NCBI RefSeq assembly: GCF_000284455.1
Contig: NC_017039.1
Span: 2,610,001-2,642,000, forward strand
DNA from: Synechocystis sp. PCC 6803 substr. PCC-P
GTDB taxonomy: Bacteria > Cyanobacteriota > Cyanobacteriia > Cyanobacteriales > Microcystaceae
Direction of reading: 5' to 3'
Length of the DNA stretch: 32,000 bases
The position numbers and the translations under genes are program-made. Below the pieces are notes generated by a model. That model was not told where the DNA came from. It did not search any database and worked only from the letters and a program-made list of their open reading frames with translations. Shown here one piece after another: positions 27,454 to 32,000 of this stretch. Numbering within the stretch: the stretch's first letter is position 1; every line of letters begins with the position of its first letter.

Positions 27454-28434
27454 CTAATATTTAGCTTTGACTTTGTTCACAATCAGTTCTGCCAAAATAT
27501 TGACAATGAAAGTAAGAACAATCAGCACAAAACCGGCATACATCAACGCCGAAACCTGCATCCCCGAAGCTTCAGCAAACTGGTTAGCTAGTAGGGAAGC
27601 AATGGTGTTGGCAGGATTCAATAAAGACCAACTCAGACGGTTAGAGTTACCAATGATCATGGTCACGGCCATCGTTTCCCCCATGGCCCTTCCTAATGCC
27701 AGCATAATCCCCCCGACAATGCCGGAGAAAGCGGCGGGAATCAACACCCGAAAAATGGTTTCCCACCGGGTAGCCCCCAGTCCCAAGGAAGCTTGTCGTA
27801 ATTCCGGCGGTAAGGAAGCCAAAGAATCCCTGGCGATCGCCGTAATGATCGGCAAAATCATAATGGCCAAAACAATACTGGCGGGTAACATACCGGGGCC
27901 AGCAGGCGGGGTGCTAAAGAGGGGAATCCAACCAAAATATTCGTTTAACCACATCCCCACCGGTTTAATCAGGGGAATAATGACGAAAATGCCCCACAAC
28001 CCATAGACCACACTGGGAATGGCCGCCAGCAATTCCACCATAAAAGTGAGGACAGTACGAATTTTACTGGGAATGAAATCCTCACTTAAAAACAACGCCG
28101 TACCGATGCCCAGGGGAATAGCCAGTAGTAAGGCCAAGCCGGAGTTGACCAATGTGCCCACCATAATGGCCAGGATTCCATACTGGCTGGTAACAGGATT
28201 CCAAGTATTATTGGTGATAAAGCCCAGCCCAAAAGCTTTAATTGCCGGCACCGACTGAGACAAAATCAACAGGGCGATCGCCAGCAAAATCAGCCCAATA
28301 CTGACGGCAAAGGCTAAAGTTAAATACTTAAATCCCTTCTCCAAATTTTTTTCAAGATCGGAGCGGGAAGCCAGGGGCTTTGTCCGGGAATAGGGCGCAG
28401 TGGTCATGGAAAAATGGGGAATTAGGAAAGGCAA
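27454..28434 (-). CDS. pstC: Phosphate ABC transporter permease PstC
   Basis: Permease with the GRAMGETMAVTMIIGN loop. The TTG at 28434 is the ORF maximum, and ATG 28407 (MTTAPYS) is a likely start. Confidence 0.9.
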   Translation of the reverse strand: MPFLIPHFSMTTAPYSRTKPLASRSDLEKNLEKGFKYLTLAFAVSIGLILLAIALLILSQSVPAIKAFGLGFITNNTWNPVTSQYGILAIMVGTLVNSGLALLLAIPLGIGTALFLSEDFIPSKIRTVLTFMVELLAAIPSVVYGLWGIFVIIPLIKPVGMWLNEYFGWIPLFSTPPAGPGMLPASIVLAIMILPIITAIARDSLASLPPELRQASLGLGATRWETIFRVLIPAAFSGIVGGIMLALGRAMGETMAVTMIIGNSNRLSWSLLNPANTIASLLANQFAEASGMQVSALMYAGFVLIVLTFIVNILAELIVNKVKAKY

Positions 28435-28488
28435 ATGGGAAGGAAGATCAATGGCGATCGCCTCCCCACTCGGATATTTGCGACTGAA

Positions 28489-29640
28489 CTATTTCAAGGT
28501 AATGGTGTAATCGGGGGAGATTTTGTCAGCAGCGGCGGCCACTTTTTCCCGCACATTTTGAGGTAAAGGTACATAACCCAAAGTGGGGGCCATGGTTTGA
28601 CCTTCATTCAGACCAAATTCCACCATCGCTTCGATACCTTTAGCCTTTTCCGCATCAGCGTACTGGGGATAAAGCAACATCCAGGTGTAGGTAACAATGG
28701 GATAGGAATCAGCCCCAGCGGGGTTAGTGATGAATTCCCGCAGGTTTTCCGGCAGTTCGACTGCAGCCAGGGTGGCCGAAGCATTTTCATCGGTCGGCAC
28801 AACAAACTGTCCATCCTTGTTCTGGAGGCTGGCCATGGTCAGGTTATTGTTGGTGGCGTAGCCATATTCAACGTAGCCAATGGCTCCCTCATTTTGTTGA
28901 ATACCAGCGGTTACACCTTCGTTACCCTTACCACCGATGAATTTACCTTTACTGGTGGGCCACTCAACGGTTTTACCGTCACCGATGGTTTCCTTAAATT
29001 CGGGACTCATGGCGGCCAAGTTCATGGTGAAAACCGCCGTGGTACCGCTACCGTCGGAACGATGCACCACCGTGATAGGGCGATCGGGCAAGGTCAAATC
29101 GGGATTATCCGCCACTAATTTGGGGTCATTCCATTTAGTAATATTGCCCAACATGATGCCCGCCAAGGCTTCCTGGGATAACTTCAACCCTTCCACCCCA
29201 GGCAAGTTGTAGGCCATAACAATGCTACCAGCGGTCATGGGAAGCATTACCACTTCACCGTTAACCTTGGCAATCTCTTCGTCGTCCATGGCCACATCGC
29301 TGGCACCAAAATCCACGGTCTTACTCATGAATTGCTCAACCCCAGCACCACTACCCACGGACTGATAGTTAACTTCTAAGTTAGGCACAGCTTGATTGAG
29401 GGCCACAAACCAGCCTTGGTAAAGGGGAGCAGGAAAACTAGCACCGGCACCGGTCAAGGAAACTTTACTGGCAAAGGCATCTGCGGCAGTAGTTGTAGTT
29501 GCATCACCACCACCGGTTTGGGCTGTGTCACCACCACCACCACCGCCACCACAGGCTGCCAGACCAACAGTTAGTGCCAGGATAGAAGCTGTGGGCACTA
29601 AATGCTTGGACAACTTTTTAATCTGCTTGAAAGTAGTCAT
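28489..29640 (-). CDS. pstS: Phosphate-binding lipoprotein PstS
   Basis: Lipobox LAAC followed by a poly-Gly linker. LTGAGASFPAPLY is a PstS signature. Confidence 0.92.
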   Translation of the reverse strand: MTTFKQIKKLSKHLVPTASILALTVGLAACGGGGGGGDTAQTGGGDATTTTAADAFASKVSLTGAGASFPAPLYQGWFVALNQAVPNLEVNYQSVGSGAGVEQFMSKTVDFGASDVAMDDEEIAKVNGEVVMLPMTAGSIVMAYNLPGVEGLKLSQEALAGIMLGNITKWNDPKLVADNPDLTLPDRPITVVHRSDGSGTTAVFTMNLAAMSPEFKETIGDGKTVEWPTSKGKFIGGKGNEGVTAGIQQNEGAIGYVEYGYATNNNLTMASLQNKDGQFVVPTDENASATLAAVELPENLREFITNPAGADSYPIVTYTWMLLYPQYADAEKAKGIEAMVEFGLNEGQTMAPTLGYVPLPQNVREKVAAAADKISPDYTITLK

Positions 29641-29697
29641 TGATGTGTTCTCGACGCGGATTTGTATAATCTGGCTAAACAGTTGCTCATGATACAG

Positions 29698-29732
29698 TCA
29701 TTAAGCCAGACCATGGTAAAGGGAAGGTTAAG
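29698..29732 (-). promoter_or_regulatory. Pho box (SphR/PhoB-type) upstream of pstS
   Basis: The - strand reads CTTAACCT-tcc-CTTTACCA, two 8-bp PyTTAAPyPy(T/A) units 11 bp apart. A further CTTAATGA lies downstream but out of phase. Confidence 0.6.
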
Positions 29733-29782
29733 GTCTATGGAATTGGGATTTTCTTCCTGGGAATCCCCAATACTTGCCCCTT

Positions 29783-29943
29783 GAGAAAGTGTTTGGAAAG
29801 TTCTGTTTTGGCTGTTTAATCCCCCCTAGCCCCCTTTGGAAGGGGGAAACTGTTACACAAGTCCCTCTTTTTAAGCCGGAGCTTTAGTAAGGAGATTTAG
29901 GGGGATAAATCCTTTGATTTTGACTTTTCAAACAAACTCTGAC
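29783..29943. mobile_element. MITE-like repeat, copy B (inverted relative to copy A)
   Basis: Ends GAGAAAGTGTTTGGAAAG (29783-29800) and CTTTTCAAACAAACTCTGAC (29924-29943). It shares the internal blocks GGAGATTTAGGGG and CCCCC..GGGGG-C(T/C)AGGGGGG with copy A. Confidence 0.55.
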
Positions 29944-29961
29944 GGCTTCGCCCCTTGTTTA

Positions 29962-30972
29962 TTATTCAAAGGAGGCTTGTTTCTTTAACAACTCACCAAT
30001 GGTCAGATCCATAACACTTTCGCCACCGAAGACCGTGCCCACTTCCCCTTTGTTGAAGCTAATTTTGCCTAGGTTATAGGCTTCCTCGGGCAAGGGAATA
30101 TAACCAACCTTGGTGGCAGTGGCAGAGGCGTTGGCCAGATAAAAATCGACAAATTCCCGTAGGGCAGGATTATCTTGGGCTTTGGTTGCGTTGACGTAGA
30201 TAAATAAAGGGCGGGACAGGGGTTGATACTCAGATTTTTCCACCGTTTCTCGGGAAGGCAGCACTGGTCCTCTACCGTTATCGACCCCAATGGCTTTCAA
30301 GTCAGCAATACGACCTTCGTAGTAGGCAAAGCCAAAATAGCCTAGGGAATAAAGGTCTTGGACAACTCCCTGCACCAAAATTTCATCGTCTTCACTTTTT
30401 AGGGTATCGAGACGACTAGCTCCAGCTTGACCAACGATCGCCTCGGTGAAGTAATCAAAGGTGCCAGAATCCTCACCGGGGGAGTAGAGGTTAATAGGTT
30501 GGTCGGGAAATTCGGGCCGGACTTGGTTCCAGCGGGTCAAGGTTTTTTCGGCGGCAGGTTCCCAAATGCGCTTTAGCTCTTCGACAGTCAAACTTTTCAG
30601 CCAGTCATTTTTGGGATTGCTGACCACAGTAATGGCATCAAAGGCAATGGGCAATTCCACATACCGCACCTGGTTGTCATTACATAATTTCATTTCCTGC
30701 TTGTTAATGGGGCGGGATGCGTCAGCAATGTCTGTTTTACCCTCGCAAAATAGCTTAAAACCGCCGCCAGTGCCAGAAAATTCCACATCAATGTCGACCC
30801 CTTTCTTACCCCCAGAGAAATCTGCAACAATCGCCTCGGTAATGGGGTAAACCGTACTCGAACCATTAATGGCGATCGATTGACTGGTCTGGGATGGTGT
30901 ACAGGCAGAAATTCCCAACAAGAGCAAAGCCATAGGGACAATGCCCCGGCTCAATCGACTTAAATCAAACAT
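29962..30972 (-). CDS. sphX: Phosphate-binding lipoprotein SphX (PstS paralogue)
   Basis: Lipobox GISAC. INGSSTVYP and the general PBP-like_2 pattern are present. It sits upstream of pstS. Confidence 0.85.
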   Translation of the reverse strand: MFDLSRLSRGIVPMALLLLGISACTPSQTSQSIAINGSSTVYPITEAIVADFSGGKKGVDIDVEFSGTGGGFKLFCEGKTDIADASRPINKQEMKLCNDNQVRYVELPIAFDAITVVSNPKNDWLKSLTVEELKRIWEPAAEKTLTRWNQVRPEFPDQPINLYSPGEDSGTFDYFTEAIVGQAGASRLDTLKSEDDEILVQGVVQDLYSLGYFGFAYYEGRIADLKAIGVDNGRGPVLPSRETVEKSEYQPLSRPLFIYVNATKAQDNPALREFVDFYLANASATATKVGYIPLPEEAYNLGKISFNKGEVGTVFGGESVMDLTIGELLKKQASFE

Positions 30973-31077
30973 TTTTACTTCTCCGCCCCCAGGGTGGTCG
31001 ATTGTGATTAGCCGTTGACGGTAGCTTTAGGGCATCTATCAACATTTTTGTATATTAAAGTCGCCCCGGCTGGTTGA

Positions 31078-31107
31078 AGGTTAAGCCCTAGTAAAGGTTT
31101 GGTTAAA
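31078..31107 (-). promoter_or_regulatory. Pho box upstream of sphX
   Basis: The - strand reads TTTAACCA-aac-CTTTACTA-ggg-CTTAACCT, three 8-bp units with 3-bp spacers (11-bp phasing). A TAATAT -10 candidate lies at 31057-31052, about 80 nt before the ATG. Confidence 0.7.
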
Positions 31108-31304
31108 GGGCTGGAGAGGTTGATCGTGCCGTATTTTTCGTCCCTAACATTTGTAAACCAAGGGATATATTCTTCGAGCCGTAATTCCAGTCTTTCAGGA
31201 AAAATTAATGGGACGGGACTCCATGAACAATGCCACAACGTCTGCCCAGGGGACTTTTTGCCCCGATTAACCTAGACTTGAGAAAAAAGCTGATTTTTGT
31301 GACT

Positions 31305-32000
31305 ATGGCGACCTTTTCCTCCCTCGAAATTTTTAACCCCCATCTTTCGGCCATGGCTTTGGGGGCGGATTTCCATTGGCAGACCCAGGGAGAAAAGGGC
31401 CATCTGGCTTTGACTTTAATTCCCCAAGCTGACGGTCAATGGTTATCACTGTTGGGGGGAAAACTGCGCTTTTGGCTACGGGGCATTAGTTTAACAGTCC
31501 AGGCTGAAGGCGCGACCACTGACCATGGGCAAAAATTTTTTAATGTGGGGGAGATAGTTTTCCCGTCAGAAGCTGTTTCTCCCCAAACTGTAAATGTTGA
31601 ACTTGCCCTAACTGGACAATGGGCCCGACTCCAGGCAGAAGTTAAAGCAGAAGCTCGGCAGGTGGCGATCGCCGAAACCCAAGGCCTGTGGCCACCGGAT
31701 TTGAGTCCGAACCAATTGGCTATTGCCGATCGCCTGTTGGCTAAGTTTATAGCGGAAAATTACCTAACTCCGGCCCTTTGTTGGGGTCAATGGCTCCTGA
31801 GCAAATCAGTCGATGCCGATCCTCAAATTATCTGGCAACCTCTATACAATGTCGAAAATAATCGCACCGTAACGGAAGCAGACACCGGGAACCTTGGCGA
31901 TCGCCTGCAATTAATCATCAACTCCCCCCAGTTGGATTGCCTTACCCTGGGGAAGTTAGTCGGTTTGGACCCGCAACGGGATTTGGCGGGAGGCAAATTT
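31305..32000 (+). CDS. Hypothetical protein, N-terminal part (runs off the right edge)
   Basis: My own translation from ATG 31305 (in-frame GTG at 31299) stays open to the window end: MATFSSLEIFNPHLSAMALGADFHWQTQGEKGHLALTLIP...LVGLDPQRDLAGGKF. Codon usage is typical and there are in-frame HIP1 sites. I recognise no family. Confidence 0.55.
   Translation, partial: MATFSSLEIFNPHLSAMALGADFHWQTQGEKGHLALTLIPQADGQWLSLLGGKLRFWLRGISLTVQAEGATTDHGQKFFNVGEIVFPSEAVSPQTVNVELALTGQWARLQAEVKAEARQVAIAETQGLWPPDLSPNQLAIADRLLAKFIAENYLTPALCWGQWLLSKSVDADPQIIWQPLYNVENNRTVTEADTGNLGDRLQLIINSPQLDCLTLGKLVGLDPQRDLAGGKF

Noticed and set aside
29521-29550. (CCA/CCG)n triplet run, considered as a slippage-prone contingency repeat
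   Set aside because: It is in frame and encodes the poly-Gly linker after the PstS lipobox Cys. The tract is short and interrupted, with no sign of phase variation.
29775-29956. GCCCCTTG direct repeat (29775-29782 and 29949-29956), considered as a target-site duplication for MITE copy B
   Set aside because: The right-hand copy is 6 nt away from the terminal repeat rather than flush with it, and copy A shows no comparable duplication. It could be coincidence.
31008-31238. 76-aa ORF on the - strand upstream of sphX
   Set aside because: It overlaps the Pho box and the -10 region of sphX, has atypical composition, and has no ribosome-binding context.
1-32000. Search for CRISPR arrays, rRNA or tRNA genes, intact IS or transposase genes, and integrases
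   Set aside because: I found no regularly spaced direct repeats, no rRNA- or tRNA-like conserved blocks, and no transposase- or integrase-like ORFs by eye on either strand.

Overview
The window looks like chromosomal DNA of a Synechocystis sp. PCC 6803-like cyanobacterium. Evidence: I counted about 33 copies of the HIP1 palindrome GCGATCGC by eye, and the PsbX, CurT-like, SphX/Pst and HetI-like products are recognisable. Any locus names are from memory and are unverified. It is mostly densely packed core genes. Left to right: the uvrB 5' end, an NRP-repeat protein, psbX (too short for the ORF track), purN coupled to a PD-(D/E)XK nuclease / Ycf46-like AAA+ ATPase / SAM-methyltransferase trio, curT, an orphan DICT-GAF histidine kinase with a stand-alone PAS protein, murJ, a small membrane gene-GGCT-menE cluster, a cupin, an SDR epimerase, hom, an Sfp/HetI PPTase, pheS, an AT-rich vapBC pair, a CPA2 Na+/H+ antiporter, a thioredoxin-ccdA-ECF sigma-anti-sigma cluster, and the sphX-pstSCAB-pstB phosphate-uptake cluster with Pho boxes. 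No tRNA, rRNA or CRISPR array was seen. Observations worth follow-up: (1) the coding signal switches from frame 0 to frame +1 inside the small membrane gene at 10353-10808, exposing an 8-heptad leucine zipper; (2) a MITE-like repeat of about 140-160 bp occurs in two clear copies and one degenerate copy, with a hairpin kept by compensatory changes; (3) the nuclease/AAA+/methyltransferase trio is coupled to purN; (4) ccdA is coupled to an ECF sigma/anti-sigma pair; (5) the VapC toxin has Ala at a canonical catalytic Asp position. I found no clearly new multi-gene system, and all functional assignments rest on motif reading only.
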